Shown here: piece after piece, positions 10,583 to 20,859 of the stretch
Numbering within the stretch: the stretch's first letter is position 1
How the letters are laid out: the number at the start of each line of letters is the position of its first letter
From: Candidatus Profftella armatura
GTDB taxonomy: Bacteria; Pseudomonadota; Gammaproteobacteria; Burkholderiales; Burkholderiaceae
Direction of reading: 5' to 3'
DNA: 32,000 nucleotides
Assembly: GCF_000441555.1 (NCBI RefSeq)
Contig: NC_021885.1
Span: 30,001 to 62,000 of the forward strand
The notes under the pieces: generated by a model
Database searches by the model: none
Seen by the model: the letters and a program-made list of their open reading frames with translations, nothing else
Told to the model about the DNA's origin: nothing
Position numbers and translations under genes: made by a program

Positions 10583-11014
10583 ATGAGATTAAATAATATT
10601 CTACCAAATAAAGATGCTAAACATTATAAAAAGCGTTTAGGACGTGGTATTGGATCTGGATCCGGTAAAACTGCTGGAAGAGGGCATAAGGGTCAAAAAT
10701 CTCGATCAGGAGGATTTAATAAAATTTGTTTTGAGGGAGGGCAAATGCCATTATATCGACGCTTACCTAAGCGTGGATTTAAATCAATAAAATGTTTTTA
10801 TAAAACAGAAATTAGATTATCTGATTTACAAAACTTAAATATTTCTGAAATCGATATTTTTACCTTAAAAAATGCTAACATTATTTCTAAATTTACTCGG
10901 GTAGTTCGCGTAATTTTATCTGGTAATTTAAGTAAAAAAATAATAATAAAAGGATTAAAAGTTACTAAAGGCGCAAAAATTGCTATTGAAAAAATAGGTG
11001 GTTCTATTATGTAA
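10583..11014 (+). CDS. rplO: 50S ribosomal protein L15
   Basis: MRLNNILPN...[29 protein letters not shown]...[17 protein letters not shown]. Confidence 0.97.
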   Translation: MRLNNILPNKDAKHYKKRLGRGIGSGSGKTAGRGHKGQKSRSGGFNKICFEGGQMPLYRRLPKRGFKSIKCFYKTEIRLSDLQNLNISEIDIFTLKNANIISKFTRVVRVILSGNLSKKIIIKGLKVTKGAKIAIEKIGGSIM

Positions 11015-11051
11015 AGTTTATTTTTATAAAGGAGTATAAATTAATACAATT

Positions 11052-12374
11052 ATGCCAAAATTCTCAAAGACAACTATAAGAGGTTTTCCATGGAATCGTT
11101 TATGGTTCTTATTTTGTGCATTATTTATATACCGTTTAGGTGCGCATATTCCTATTCCTTCAATTAATTATAGTCAGCTAACAAAATTATTTGAGAAAAA
11201 TCAAAATAATATTTTAGGAATGTTTAATATGTTTTCTGGGGGGGCTCTTTCTCGTTTAACTATATTTTCATTAGGTATTATGCCTTATATTTCTTCATCA
11301 ATAATTATGCAATTATTATCAAGTATAATGCCTAAATTTGAGAATTTAAAAAAAGAGGGTGAATTAGGAAAATATAAAATTGCTCAATATACTAGATTTA
11401 GTACATTAATTCTAGCGATATTACAGGGATCTGGAATTTCTTTAATACTTAAGTTTCAAAAAAATTTAGTATTAGATACTAGTTTTTATTTTCATTTTAC
11501 AACTGTACTAACATTAGTATCTGGTACAATTTTTTTAATGTGGTTAAGTGAACAAATAACAGAATATGGATTAGGAAATGGTACTTCTATTATTATTTGT
11601 TCTGGAATTATTTCAAGTTTTCCTAATATTTTAATTAATTTACTAAAATTAGTTAAGATCGATTTAGTAAATGTATTATTAACAATTTTAATTTCTTTAT
11701 TATTATTAATTATTACATATTTTGTTATATTTATTGAATGTGGTCAACGTAAAATTTTAATAAATTATATTAGAAAAGAAGCAAATAATAAAATTTATTC
11801 TAATAAAAGAAGTTATTTACCATTAAAATTAAATATAGCAGGCGTTATTCCAGCAATATTTGCGTCATATATTATATTATTTCCAATTACTATTATTGGT
11901 TGGTTTCTTTCTTTCTACAATAAAAATAATTTTTTTACAATTTTTTTAAAAAATTTAATAAGTTTAGTTGCTCCTGGTAAATTAATTCATTCTATATTAT
12001 ATACAATAGCAATTATATTTTTTTCTTTTTTTTATGCTACTTTAATATTTAATAGTAAAGAAACAGCGGATAATTTAAAAAAAAGTGGTGCTTTTATTCC
12101 CGGTATTCGTCCAGGTTATCAAACTATACGTTATATTAATAATATAATTATGCGTTTAACATTAGCTGGATCTATTTATATAGCTTTTATTTGTTTAATA
12201 CCAGAGTTTTTTATTTATAAATTTAATGTTCCTTTTTACTGTGGGGGGACATCGTTATTAATTGTTATAATTGTTACTATAGATTTTTTAACACAAATTC
12301 AGAATCATATTTTATCACAAAAATATAAATCACTTTTTCGTAAAATAAATTTTAAAAAAAATATATTTTATTAG
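11052..12374 (+). CDS. secY: Preprotein translocase subunit SecY
   Basis: 440 aa multi-pass membrane protein. ...IFSLGIMPYISSSIIMQLL...LSEQITEYGLGNGTSIII...LKKSGAFIPGIRPG.... AAGGAG Shine-Dalgarno sequence upstream. Canonical position after rplO. Confidence 0.96.
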   Translation: MPKFSKTTIRGFPWNRLWFLFCALFIYRLGAHIPIPSINYSQLTKLFEKNQNNILGMFNMFSGGALSRLTIFSLGIMPYISSSIIMQLLSSIMPKFENLKKEGELGKYKIAQYTRFSTLILAILQGSGISLILKFQKNLVLDTSFYFHFTTVLTLVSGTIFLMWLSEQITEYGLGNGTSIIICSGIISSFPNILINLLKLVKIDLVNVLLTILISLLLLIITYFVIFIECGQRKILINYIRKEANNKIYSNKRSYLPLKLNIAGVIPAIFASYIILFPITIIGWFLSFYNKNNFFTIFLKNLISLVAPGKLIHSILYTIAIIFFSFFYATLIFNSKETADNLKKSGAFIPGIRPGYQTIRYINNIIMRLTLAGSIYIAFICLIPEFFIYKFNVPFYCGGTSLLIVIIVTIDFLTQIQNHILSQKYKSLFRKINFKKNIFY

Positions 12375-12401
12375 AAAAATAATAAATTAAAAAAATAAAA
12401 A

Positions 12402-12620
12402 ATGGAAAAAAATGATGTAATTCAAATGCAAGGACAGATTATTGAAAATCTTCCAAATGCAACATTTAAAGTAAAGTTAGAAAATGATCATGTAATACTT
12501 GGACATATTTCAGGTAAAATGCGAATGAATTATATTCGTATTCTTCCTGGTGATAAAGTTACAGTCGAATTAACACCCTATGATTTAAGTCGTGGGCGTA
12601 TTATATTTAGAACAAAATAA
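12402..12620 (+). CDS. infA: Translation initiation factor IF-1
   Basis: 72 aa. [65 protein letters not shown]. Confidence 0.97.
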   Translation: MEKNDVIQMQGQIIENLPNATFKVKLENDHVILGHISGKMRMNYIRILPGDKVTVELTPYDLSRGRIIFRTK

Positions 12621-12650
12621 AAATTTTAAGTTAAAATAAAGAGTATAAAA

Positions 12651-12764
12651 ATGAAAGTTTTGGCATCTGTTAAAAGAATTTGTAGAAATTGTAAAATTGT
12701 AAAAAGAAAAGGTGTAATTCGTGTAATTTGTAAAGAAGCTCGTCATAAACAGCGACAAGGTTAA
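12651..12764 (+). CDS. rpmJ: 50S ribosomal protein L36 (37 aa; absent from the ORF track, found by manual translation)
   Basis: ATG 12651 to TAA 12762-12764 translates to [37 protein letters not shown]. Zinc-ribbon C-x2-C...C...H form. GAG-containing Shine-Dalgarno sequence upstream. Confidence 0.93.
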   Translation: MKVLASVKRICRNCKIVKRKGVIRVICKEARHKQRQG

Positions 12765-12786
12765 TTAATATTATGGAAATAAACTT

Positions 12787-13152
12787 ATGACACGAATTGT
12801 TGGAATAAATATACCAAATAATCAACATATTATAATCGGTTTGACGGCTATTTATGGTATTGGTCGTTCTCGCGCGAAAAAAATATGTGAAGTAACTAAA
12901 ATTTCAACTACTAAAAAAATAAAAGATTTAAATGATAATGAATTAGAAAAATTACGTGAAGAAATTTCTAAATTTATAATTGAAGGTGATTTACGTCGTG
13001 AATTTTCTATGAATATAAAGCGTTTAATAGATCTTTCTTGTTATCGAGGAATTCGCCATAGAAAAAGTTTACCATGCCGAGGACAGCGCACTAGAACTAA
13101 TGCTCGTACTCGAAAAGGACCTCGTCGAGCAGCGCAATCATTAAGAAAATAA
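12787..13152 (+). CDS. rpsM: 30S ribosomal protein S13
   Basis: [34 protein letters not shown]...[26 protein letters not shown]. Confidence 0.97.
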   Translation: MTRIVGINIPNNQHIIIGLTAIYGIGRSRAKKICEVTKISTTKKIKDLNDNELEKLREEISKFIIEGDLRREFSMNIKRLIDLSCYRGIRHRKSLPCRGQRTRTNARTRKGPRRAAQSLRK

Positions 13153-13191
13153 CGCCATTATAATTCACTGAATATTTTCAAGGAGATTTTT

Positions 13192-13593
13192 ATGGCTAAA
13201 GTACTCAATAATACTAATGCTCGTATTCGTAAAAAAATAAAAAAACATATTACGGAAGGTGTTGCGCATATTCATGCTTCTTTTAATAATACAATTATTA
13301 CGATTACTGATAGAAAAGGTTGTACGTTATCTTGGGCGTCTTCTGGTAGTGTAAATTTTAAAGGTTCTCGTAAATCTACTCCATTTGCTGCTCAAGTTGC
13401 CGCAGAATCTGCTGGAAAAATTGCAATTGAGCATGGTATTAAAAATTTAGAAGTACGTATTAAAGGACCCGGTCCAGGACGTGAATCTTCAGTTCGTGCA
13501 TTAAATAATTTAGGTATTAAAATTACTCAAATTGAAGATGTTACACCTATTCCACATAATGGTTGTCGCCCTTCAAAACGACGCCGTGTTTAA
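13192..13593 (+). CDS. rpsK: 30S ribosomal protein S11
   Basis: [30 protein letters not shown]...[16 protein letters not shown]...[24 protein letters not shown] Shine-Dalgarno sequence upstream. Confidence 0.97.
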   Translation: MAKVLNNTNARIRKKIKKHITEGVAHIHASFNNTIITITDRKGCTLSWASSGSVNFKGSRKSTPFAAQVAAESAGKIAIEHGIKNLEVRIKGPGPGRESSVRALNNLGIKITQIEDVTPIPHNGCRPSKRRRV

Positions 13594-13623
13594 TTTAATT
13601 TATAAAATAATATATAATTTTAG

Positions 13624-13652
13624 TTGCCTACTAATTAGTGGGCAATTTATTT
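13624..13652 (+). terminator. Rho-independent-terminator-like hairpin between rpsK and rpsD
   Basis: Stem TTGCCTAC (13624-13631) pairs with GTGGGCAA (13638-13645): 8 bp including one G.U. Loop TAATTA. Followed by TTTATTT (13646-13652). It is the only GC-containing structure in the 154-nt spacer. Confidence 0.5.
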
Positions 13653-13747
13653 AAAAACATTTTGTCATTTTAATAAATAAAAATAAAAATTATATAAAAA
13701 TACCAAAAATTATTATTATAATTATATTAATATATGAAAGGATATTT

Positions 13748-14371
13748 ATGGCTCGATATATTGGCCCAAAAGCAAAACTTTGTCGTCGCGAGGGTATAGA
13801 TTTATTTTTAAAAAGTGCACGTCGTTCATTAGATTCAAAATGTAAACTAGATTTAAGACCTGGTCAACATGGTAGAATTTCTGGATCTCGTACATCTGAT
13901 TATGGGTATCAATTCAGAGAAAAACAAAAAGTTAAACGAATGTATGGTATTTTAGAAAAACAATTTCGTCGTTATTTTATTGAAGGGGCTCGTCTTAAAG
14001 GAAAAACCGGTGAAATTATATTAAAATTATTAGAATCACGATTTGATAATGTAGTATATCGAATGGGTTTTAGCTCTACTAGATCCGAAGCTCGTCAATT
14101 AATATCACATAGAGCATTTTTAGTAAATAAAAAAATAGTTAATATTGCATCATACAAAATAAAACCTGGTGATATAATATCTGTTAGAGAAAAAGCTAAA
14201 AAACAAACTCGTATTGCTAATTCCTTAGAATTATCTGAGCATAGTACTCCATTTTCATGGATTACTGTTGATGCAAAAAAAATGGAAGGTGTTTTTAAAT
14301 CAGAACCAAATCGAAGTGAATTTGCTAATGATATTAATGAGTCATTAATCGTTGAATTATATTCAAGATAA
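13748..14371 (+). CDS. rpsD: 30S ribosomal protein S4
   Basis: [23 protein letters not shown]...[33 protein letters not shown]. Confidence 0.97.
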   Translation: MARYIGPKAKLCRREGIDLFLKSARRSLDSKCKLDLRPGQHGRISGSRTSDYGYQFREKQKVKRMYGILEKQFRRYFIEGARLKGKTGEIILKLLESRFDNVVYRMGFSSTRSEARQLISHRAFLVNKKIVNIASYKIKPGDIISVREKAKKQTRIANSLELSEHSTPFSWITVDAKKMEGVFKSEPNRSEFANDINESLIVELYSR

Positions 14372-14421
14372 TTTTAAATATTAAAATAATAAAATTAATA
14401 AATATTTAAAAGGAATATTTT

Positions 14422-15399
14422 ATGCAAAATAGTTTATTGAAACCTCGAATAATTGATGTAAAAACATTAGGATCCAATCATGCTAAAGTTATTATGGAAC
14501 CTTTTGAACGTGGTTATGGTTATACATTAGGTAATGCTTTACGTCGTGTATTATTGTCATCTATGATTGGTTGCGCACCAACTGAAGTAATAATTTCAGG
14601 AGCTTTACATGAGTATTCTTCATTAGAAGGTGTACAAGAAGATATAATTGATATTATTTTAAATTTAAAAGGCGTAATATTAAAACTCTATAATAGAGAT
14701 TATGCAATATTAAATTTAAAAAAATTTGGAAAATGTGTTGTTTTAGCTTCTGATATTGAATTATTAAGTGATATTGAATTAGTTAACCCAAATCATATTA
14801 TTGCTCATTTATCTGATAATGGTAAACTAGATATGCAAATTAAATTTGAAAAAGGTCGTGGTTATATTCCTGGTAATATACGTTATTTAACTGAAGATAT
14901 CAATAAAACAATTGGTCGTATTATTTTGGATGCATCTTTTTCTCCAGTTCGGAGAGTATCTTATGTAGTAGAATCTGCTCGTGTTGAGCAGCGAACTGAT
15001 CTTGATAGATTAATTATGAATATTGAAACAAATGGTGTAATTACTCCAGAAGAAGCTATTCGTCAATCAGCTCGTGTATTAGTTGATCAATTAAATGTAT
15101 TTGCTGCATTAGAAAATACTCCAGTAAAAAAAGAATTAGATTCATCTTTAGAAAAAGTAGATCCAATTTTGCTTCGTCCTGTTGATGATTTAGAATTAAC
15201 AGTACGATCTGCTAATTGCCTTAAGGCTGAAAATATTCATTGCATTGGAGATTTAATTCAACGTAGTGAGAATGAATTGTTAAGAACTCCAAATCTTGGC
15301 AGAAAATCTTTAAATGAAATTAAAGAAATTTTGGCCTCTAGAGGTTTAATATTAGGAGTAAGATTAAATAATTGGCCTCCAGTCGAATTTAAAAAATAA
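14422..15399 (+). CDS. rpoA: DNA-directed RNA polymerase subunit alpha
   Basis: [12 protein letters not shown]...[22 protein letters not shown]...[10 protein letters not shown]...[63 protein letters not shown]. Confidence 0.98.
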   Translation: MQNSLLKPRIIDVKTLGSNHAKVIMEPFERGYGYTLGNALRRVLLSSMIGCAPTEVIISGALHEYSSLEGVQEDIIDIILNLKGVILKLYNRDYAILNLKKFGKCVVLASDIELLSDIELVNPNHIIAHLSDNGKLDMQIKFEKGRGYIPGNIRYLTEDINKTIGRIILDASFSPVRRVSYVVESARVEQRTDLDRLIMNIETNGVITPEEAIRQSARVLVDQLNVFAALENTPVKKELDSSLEKVDPILLRPVDDLELTVRSANCLKAENIHCIGDLIQRSENELLRTPNLGRKSLNEIKEILASRGLILGVRLNNWPPVEFKK

Positions 15400-15450
15400 T
15401 TTATATAAAATATATTATAAAAATTATAAAAATATAAGGAAAAATATTAC

Positions 15451-15816
15451 ATGCGTCATCGTCATGGTTTTCGTAAACTAAATAGAACTTCTTCTCATCG
15501 TTTAATAATGTTACGCAACATGACAATTTCTTTATTGCGTTATGAAATTATTAAAACAACTTTACCTAAAGCAAAAGAATTACGTCGTGTTGTTGAGCCA
15601 ATATTAACATTAAGTAAAAAAAATACTTTATCAAATAAACGCTTAGCTTTCAGTTATTTACGAGATAGAAAAATTACAATTAAATTGTTTTCTGAATTAG
15701 GTCCACGTTATATTAAAATTAATGGAGGATATGTTCGTATATTAAAAATGGGTTTTCGTGTTGGAGATAATGCTCCAATGGCTTTTATTGAATTACTAAA
15801 TCAAACAAAAAATTAA
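15451..15816 (+). CDS. rplQ: 50S ribosomal protein L17
   Basis: [53 protein letters not shown]...GGYVRILK. Confidence 0.97.
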   Translation: MRHRHGFRKLNRTSSHRLIMLRNMTISLLRYEIIKTTLPKAKELRRVVEPILTLSKKNTLSNKRLAFSYLRDRKITIKLFSELGPRYIKINGGYVRILKMGFRVGDNAPMAFIELLNQTKN

Positions 15817-15840
15817 ATAAAATCATATTCAAAATAATTT

Positions 15841-16779
15841 ATGAATTCTCTTATCTGTGGTTCATTAGCATTTGATAATATTATGAGATTTGAAGGAAAA
15901 TTTTCAAATTCTCTTTTACCTGATCAACTTGATAAAATAAACGTTTCATTTTATTCACCAACTATGAAAAAAGAATATGGTGGATGTGCTGGTAATATTG
16001 CATATAATTTAAAACTTTTAAATGGTAATCCATTAATTGTTTCTATTTTAGGAAAGGATGGATCATCTTATTTGAAACATTTAAAGTATTTGGGAATTTC
16101 AAATAAATATATACAGAAAATTAATTCAATGTTTACCGCGCAATGTTTTATTGTAACTGATGTTAATAATAATCAAATTACAATTTTTCATCCAGGAGCA
16201 ATGCAATTATCATATGATGATAATTGCATTAATAATGCTGATATTAAAATAGCAATTATTTCTCCAGATAATTGTTGTAATATGATAAAACATATTAAAA
16301 AAATATTAAAATTGAAGATACCATTTATTTTTGATCCAGGACAAAGTTTATCTATGTTTACTAAAGAAGAATTAATAAAAATTATTAAAAAATCTTCTTA
16401 TATTATTGTAAATGAATATGAATCTAAACTATTAGTTTCTAAAACTTCATTAAGTTTACAAAAAATAAATGAACAAGTTAAAGTATTAATAGTAACACGA
16501 GGTGAATTAGGTTCTGATATTTTTTTAAACAATGAAAGAAAAATTAAAATTCCATGCGTAAAAGCTGATAGGATAGTAGATCCAACTGGTTGTGGTGATG
16601 CATTTAGGTCTGGTGTTCTTTTTGGGATAATAAACAACCTAGATTGGTATACTACTGGTAGATTATCAAGTTTAATGGGAGCAATAAAAATATCTCATCA
16701 AGGCGGGCAAAAACATTGTCCTAGTTTAAGTGAAATCGATCAACGATTTAAAGAAGCTTTTGGTTATAGATATAATTAA
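15841..16779 (+). CDS. PfkB-family carbohydrate/nucleoside kinase (adenosine-kinase-like)
   Basis: 312 aa. N-terminal GGCAGNIAYNL, NxxE-type VNEYE, and C-terminal PfkB signature DPTGCGDAFRSG. Substrate cannot be fixed from sequence alone. Confidence 0.8.
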   Translation: MNSLICGSLAFDNIMRFEGKFSNSLLPDQLDKINVSFYSPTMKKEYGGCAGNIAYNLKLLNGNPLIVSILGKDGSSYLKHLKYLGISNKYIQKINSMFTAQCFIVTDVNNNQITIFHPGAMQLSYDDNCINNADIKIAIISPDNCCNMIKHIKKILKLKIPFIFDPGQSLSMFTKEELIKIIKKSSYIIVNEYESKLLVSKTSLSLQKINEQVKVLIVTRGELGSDIFLNNERKIKIPCVKADRIVDPTGCGDAFRSGVLFGIINNLDWYTTGRLSSLMGAIKISHQGGQKHCPSLSEIDQRFKEAFGYRYN

Positions 16780-16841
16780 ATAAATTATTAAAAAATAGTA
16801 TATCTTGGATTTTTAAATAAATAAAATATAATTTACATAAT

Positions 16842-16866
16842 AAAAAGCTACTAAATGTAGCTTTTT
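16842..16866. terminator. Bidirectional intrinsic terminator between the convergent PfkB kinase gene and nrdB
   Basis: Perfect 10-bp stem AAAAAGCTAC (16842-16851) / GTAGCTTTTT (16857-16866), loop TAAAT. The A-run and T-run arms give a U-tract on either strand. Confidence 0.6.
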
Positions 16867-16923
16867 ATAATTATTTGAAATTAAGTCTCACGATATTTAT
16901 TGTTTAAAAATTTATCTATAATC

Positions 16924-17991
16924 TCATTCCCAATCTAGAGTTCCGCCCGATTGATATTCCATCACTCTTGTTTCAAAAAAATTAGATTCTTTTTTTATAT
17001 GAATCATTTCACTCATCCACGGAAAAGGATTTCTTTCATATGGAAAAATTTGTTTTATTCCAATTTGTTTCATTCGACAATTTGCAATAAAACGTAAATA
17101 ACTTTTAAATGTTTTCACATTTAATCCTAATATTCCTTTTGGCATAGTGTCTTCTGCATAATAATATTCTAATTCTATTGCTTTTAAAAATAATTGTTCT
17201 ATTTCTTTGCAAAATTCTGTGGTCCATAAATTTGGATTTTCCATTTTAATGGTATTAATTAAATCAATACCAAAATTACAATGCATTGATTCATCACGTA
17301 AAATATATTGGTATAATTCTGACGAACCAATCATTTTATTTTGACGACCCAATGCTAAAATTTGAACAAAACCCACATAAAAAAAAAGTCCTTCCATGAT
17401 ACATGCAAAAACAATAAGTGATTTTAATAGTTTTTGATCATTTTTTGTATTTCCAGTTTTAAACTTTAAATCAGTTAATACATCAATAAATGGAATTAAA
17501 AATTCATCTTTGTCTCGAATAGATTTAATTTCATGATATGCATTAAAAATTTCTAATTCATCTAATCCTAATGATTCAACAATATATTGATATGCGTGTG
17601 TATGTATTGCTTCTTCAAATGCTTGACGTAATAGATATTGTCTACATTCTGGTGCTGTAATGTGACGATATGTACCTAATACAATATTATTAGCGGCTAA
17701 TGAATCAGCTGTAGAAAAAAAACCAAGATTTCGTTTAACTAAACGTCTTTCTTCTTCTGTTAATCCAATTGGATTTTTCCATAATTCAATATCACGTTGC
17801 ATATTAATTTCTTGTGGCATCCAATGATTTGCGCAGCTAGATAAATATCTATCCCACGCCCAATTATATTTAAAAGGGACAAGTTGATTAACGTCGGTAT
17901 GCCCATTAATTATTTGTTTATTAATTTTATTAATTCTTTCAAAAGAATTAATTTTTAATGGTTTTTTTTTATTATTAAGTTTTATTGACAT
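16924..17991 (-). CDS. nrdB: Ribonucleotide-diphosphate reductase class Ia, beta subunit
   Basis: FKYNWAWDRYLSSCANHWMPQEI. Di-iron/tyrosyl motifs FEEAIHTHAYQYI, IMEGLFFYVGF, RDESMHCNFG. Confidence 0.95.
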   Translation of the reverse strand: MSIKLNNKKKPLKINSFERINKINKQIINGHTDVNQLVPFKYNWAWDRYLSSCANHWMPQEINMQRDIELWKNPIGLTEEERRLVKRNLGFFSTADSLAANNIVLGTYRHITAPECRQYLLRQAFEEAIHTHAYQYIVESLGLDELEIFNAYHEIKSIRDKDEFLIPFIDVLTDLKFKTGNTKNDQKLLKSLIVFACIMEGLFFYVGFVQILALGRQNKMIGSSELYQYILRDESMHCNFGIDLINTIKMENPNLWTTEFCKEIEQLFLKAIELEYYYAEDTMPKGILGLNVKTFKSYLRFIANCRMKQIGIKQIFPYERNPFPWMSEMIHIKKESNFFETRVMEYQSGGTLDWE

Positions 17992-18077
17992 TTGATTTTA
18001 TTTTATTTTATAAAAATATACTTGTTATTATATAATTTTGATAATTTTTTATTTTTAAAAAATTAAATTTTTATATT

Positions 18078-20591
18078 TTATTGACATGATTCGCATTCAT
18101 TAACATCATTTATTTCTGAATTTATTAAGCATTTTTTATTATTTTTTATTTCTTGTAAATTTTTATTATATCCTTTTATAGATATTTCATCAAGATTTAC
18201 GGAATCTATACCCATTTCAAAATTTGATTTTTTTGCATAATTTGCACTTATTGAACGAAGATAATAAGTTGTTTTTAATCCACGTAACCAAGCTAATTTA
18301 TAAGTTTCATCTAATTTCTTACCAGATTTATTAGATATATAAATATTTAATGACTGTGATTGATCTATCCATTTTTGTCGCACTGAACCAGCTTCTATTA
18401 TCCAATTTGGAGAAATTTCAAATGCTGTTGCATAAATTTTTCGTAAATCATCAGGAATGCGACTAATTTGAGATAAATTACCATCAAAATATTTAAGATT
18501 AGCTATCATAGATTCATCCCAAAGACCTTTTTTTTTTAATTCTTTTACTAAATATCTATTAATTTCTGTAAATTCTCCAGATAAATTTGATTTAATATGT
18601 AAATTTCGATAAGTAGGCTCAATAGACGCTGATACCCCAATAATATTTGATATTGTTGCTGTAGGAGCAATTGCAACACAATTTGAATTTCGCATACCAA
18701 ATTTTTTAATACGATTTCTTAATTTTTTCCAATTAAGACTTTCTGACATATTTACTTTTAAATATTTTGATCCACGCTCTTTTTCTAATAATTTTAATGA
18801 ATCTTGAGGAAGAATACCTTGATCCCATAAAGATCCATCATATGAACTATAACGACCTTTTTCTTCTGCTAATTCAGTGGAAGCATAATAAGCATAATAA
18901 CAAATCATTTCCATTGATTGATCAGCAAATTTAATAGCTTCTTTTGATGAATACGGGATTTTCATTATATGTAAGCAATCTTGAAACCCCATGATACCTA
19001 ATCCAACGGGACGATGACGTAAATTTGAATATTTTGCTTTTTTGACTGCATAATAATTAATATCAATTACATTATCTAACATTCTCATTGCTATACGAAT
19101 TGTTTTTTTTAATTTAATAGGATCTAATTTACCATTTTTCATATGTAATGTAAGATTTATTGAACCTAAATTACAAACTCCTATTTCATTTTTACTAGTA
19201 TTTAATGTAATTTCAGTACATAAATTAGAGCTATGAATTATTCCAACATGTTGTTGGGGAGATCGGATATTGCAAGCATCTTTAAAAGTAATCCATGGAT
19301 GACCTGTTTCAAATAACATAGATAATATTTTACGCCATAAATATAAAGCTGAAATTTTCTTAAATAATTTTATTTTACCAAGTTTTGTTTGATTTTCATA
19401 TAAAATATAAGATTCTTCAAATTCTTTACCAAATTTATTATGTAAATCAGGAACATCGTATGGTGAAAATAAAGTCCATGTACTTTTTTTTATTACACGT
19501 TTCATAAATAAGTCTGGAACCCAAATAGCTATATTCATATCATGAGTTCTTCTTCGATCATCTCCTGTATTTTTTCGTAGTTCAATAAATTCTTCAATAT
19601 CCATGTGCCAAGTTTCTAAATAAGCACATATAGCTCCTTTACGTTTTCCTCCTTGATTTACAGCTACAGCAACATCATTAACTACCTTTAAGAAGGGTAT
19701 TACTCCTTGCGAACGCCCATTTGTTCCTTTAATAGGAGAACCTAAAGAACGTACTTGTGTCCAATCATTTCCTAATCCTCCTGCATATTTTGATAATAAA
19801 GCATTTTCTTTAATGGATTCAAAAATACCATATAAATCATCAGGAACAGTACTTAAATAACATGAAGATAATTGCGAGCGTATAGTTCCGGAATTAAATA
19901 AAGTGGGTGTTGAGCACATAAAATTAAATGAAGAAAGTAAATTATAAAATTTTATTGCACATTTTTCACGATTAGATTCATTCAATGATAATCCCATAGC
20001 TATACGCATAAAAAAAAATTGTGGCATTTCAATACGTATACCTTCAATATGCAAAAAATATCTATCATATAAAATTTTTAAACCAAGATAATTAAATTGT
20101 AAATCTCTTTCGGGTAATAATGCATTAGAAAGTAATGATAGATTAAATTCTGCTAATTTTGGATTAAGTAATTTATTATCAATCCCTTTATTGATAAATT
20201 TTGAAAAATATTCTTTATATTTTATTGGTATATCAATTTGTTTTATTTCTTTTCCAAAAACTTCTTTTTGAATACAATACATTAATAAACGGGCTGTTAC
20301 TTGACTATAAACTGGATCTTTTTCCATTAATGTACGTGTTGCTAAAATTGATGATTTATGTAGTTCTTTTATAGAAATTCCATTATATAAATTTTTTTTT
20401 GTTTCTGATAAAATTAAATTTATATTCACTTCTTTTTCTAATCCTATGCACGCTGAACATATAAACTTGCGAAGTAATTTCATATCAAGTAAACAAGATT
20501 TATCATTTTTTATTATATAAATTTCTTTTTCCATTATATTTTTGCTAAAAATAACATCTTGTTTACTTATCTCCTTTAAATTAATAGTCAT
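18078..20591 (-). CDS. nrdA: Ribonucleotide-diphosphate reductase class Ia, alpha subunit
   Basis: 837 aa. Active-site elements QLSSCYLS, SSNLCTEITL, IGVCNLGSINL, TTYYLRS. C-terminal redox cysteines CESCQ. Confidence 0.96.
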   Translation of the reverse strand: MTINLKEISKQDVIFSKNIMEKEIYIIKNDKSCLLDMKLLRKFICSACIGLEKEVNINLILSETKKNLYNGISIKELHKSSILATRTLMEKDPVYSQVTARLLMYCIQKEVFGKEIKQIDIPIKYKEYFSKFINKGIDNKLLNPKLAEFNLSLLSNALLPERDLQFNYLGLKILYDRYFLHIEGIRIEMPQFFFMRIAMGLSLNESNREKCAIKFYNLLSSFNFMCSTPTLFNSGTIRSQLSSCYLSTVPDDLYGIFESIKENALLSKYAGGLGNDWTQVRSLGSPIKGTNGRSQGVIPFLKVVNDVAVAVNQGGKRKGAICAYLETWHMDIEEFIELRKNTGDDRRRTHDMNIAIWVPDLFMKRVIKKSTWTLFSPYDVPDLHNKFGKEFEESYILYENQTKLGKIKLFKKISALYLWRKILSMLFETGHPWITFKDACNIRSPQQHVGIIHSSNLCTEITLNTSKNEIGVCNLGSINLTLHMKNGKLDPIKLKKTIRIAMRMLDNVIDINYYAVKKAKYSNLRHRPVGLGIMGFQDCLHIMKIPYSSKEAIKFADQSMEMICYYAYYASTELAEEKGRYSSYDGSLWDQGILPQDSLKLLEKERGSKYLKVNMSESLNWKKLRNRIKKFGMRNSNCVAIAPTATISNIIGVSASIEPTYRNLHIKSNLSGEFTEINRYLVKELKKKGLWDESMIANLKYFDGNLSQISRIPDDLRKIYATAFEISPNWIIEAGSVRQKWIDQSQSLNIYISNKSGKKLDETYKLAWLRGLKTTYYLRSISANYAKKSNFEMGIDSVNLDEISIKGYNKNLQEIKNNKKCLINSEINDVNECESCQ

Positions 20592-20859
20592 TTTTTTACT
20601 TTAAATTAGTTAAAAATGTTTTAAATTAGTTTTATTTATTTTTTTAAATATAAATTAATTATATAAAAAATTTAGATATTGAATATAATATTTAGTATTG
20701 CATATTAATAATTAATAAAATATTTTTTATTAAAATTTAAATTATTAAAATTTAAAATTTTATTTAAATTTTATTTTTTGAAAATTAGACTAATAGTATT
20801 AATTTTTAAAAATTTTATATAAAATACATTTTATATTACTTTTATATAAGTTGCTAATT

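Noticed and set aside
13734-13747. ATG at 13734 starting a short out-of-frame uORF that overlaps the rpsD start
   Set aside because: The ATGAAAGGA sequence simply contains the rpsD Shine-Dalgarno (AAGGA). The uORF has no ribosome-binding site of its own and reads nonsense across rpsD.
14751-14781. 13-nt exact repeat TGATATTGAATTA (14751-14763 and 14769-14781) in rpoA, giving [12 protein letters not shown]. It looked like an in-frame duplication.
   Set aside because: Aligning by eye with E. coli RpoA (AADITHDGDVEIVKP) shows no length increase; this segment is if anything 1 residue shorter. It is therefore not an insertion. It is probably convergence or homogenisation of two similar D-[IV]-E-[LI] stretches.
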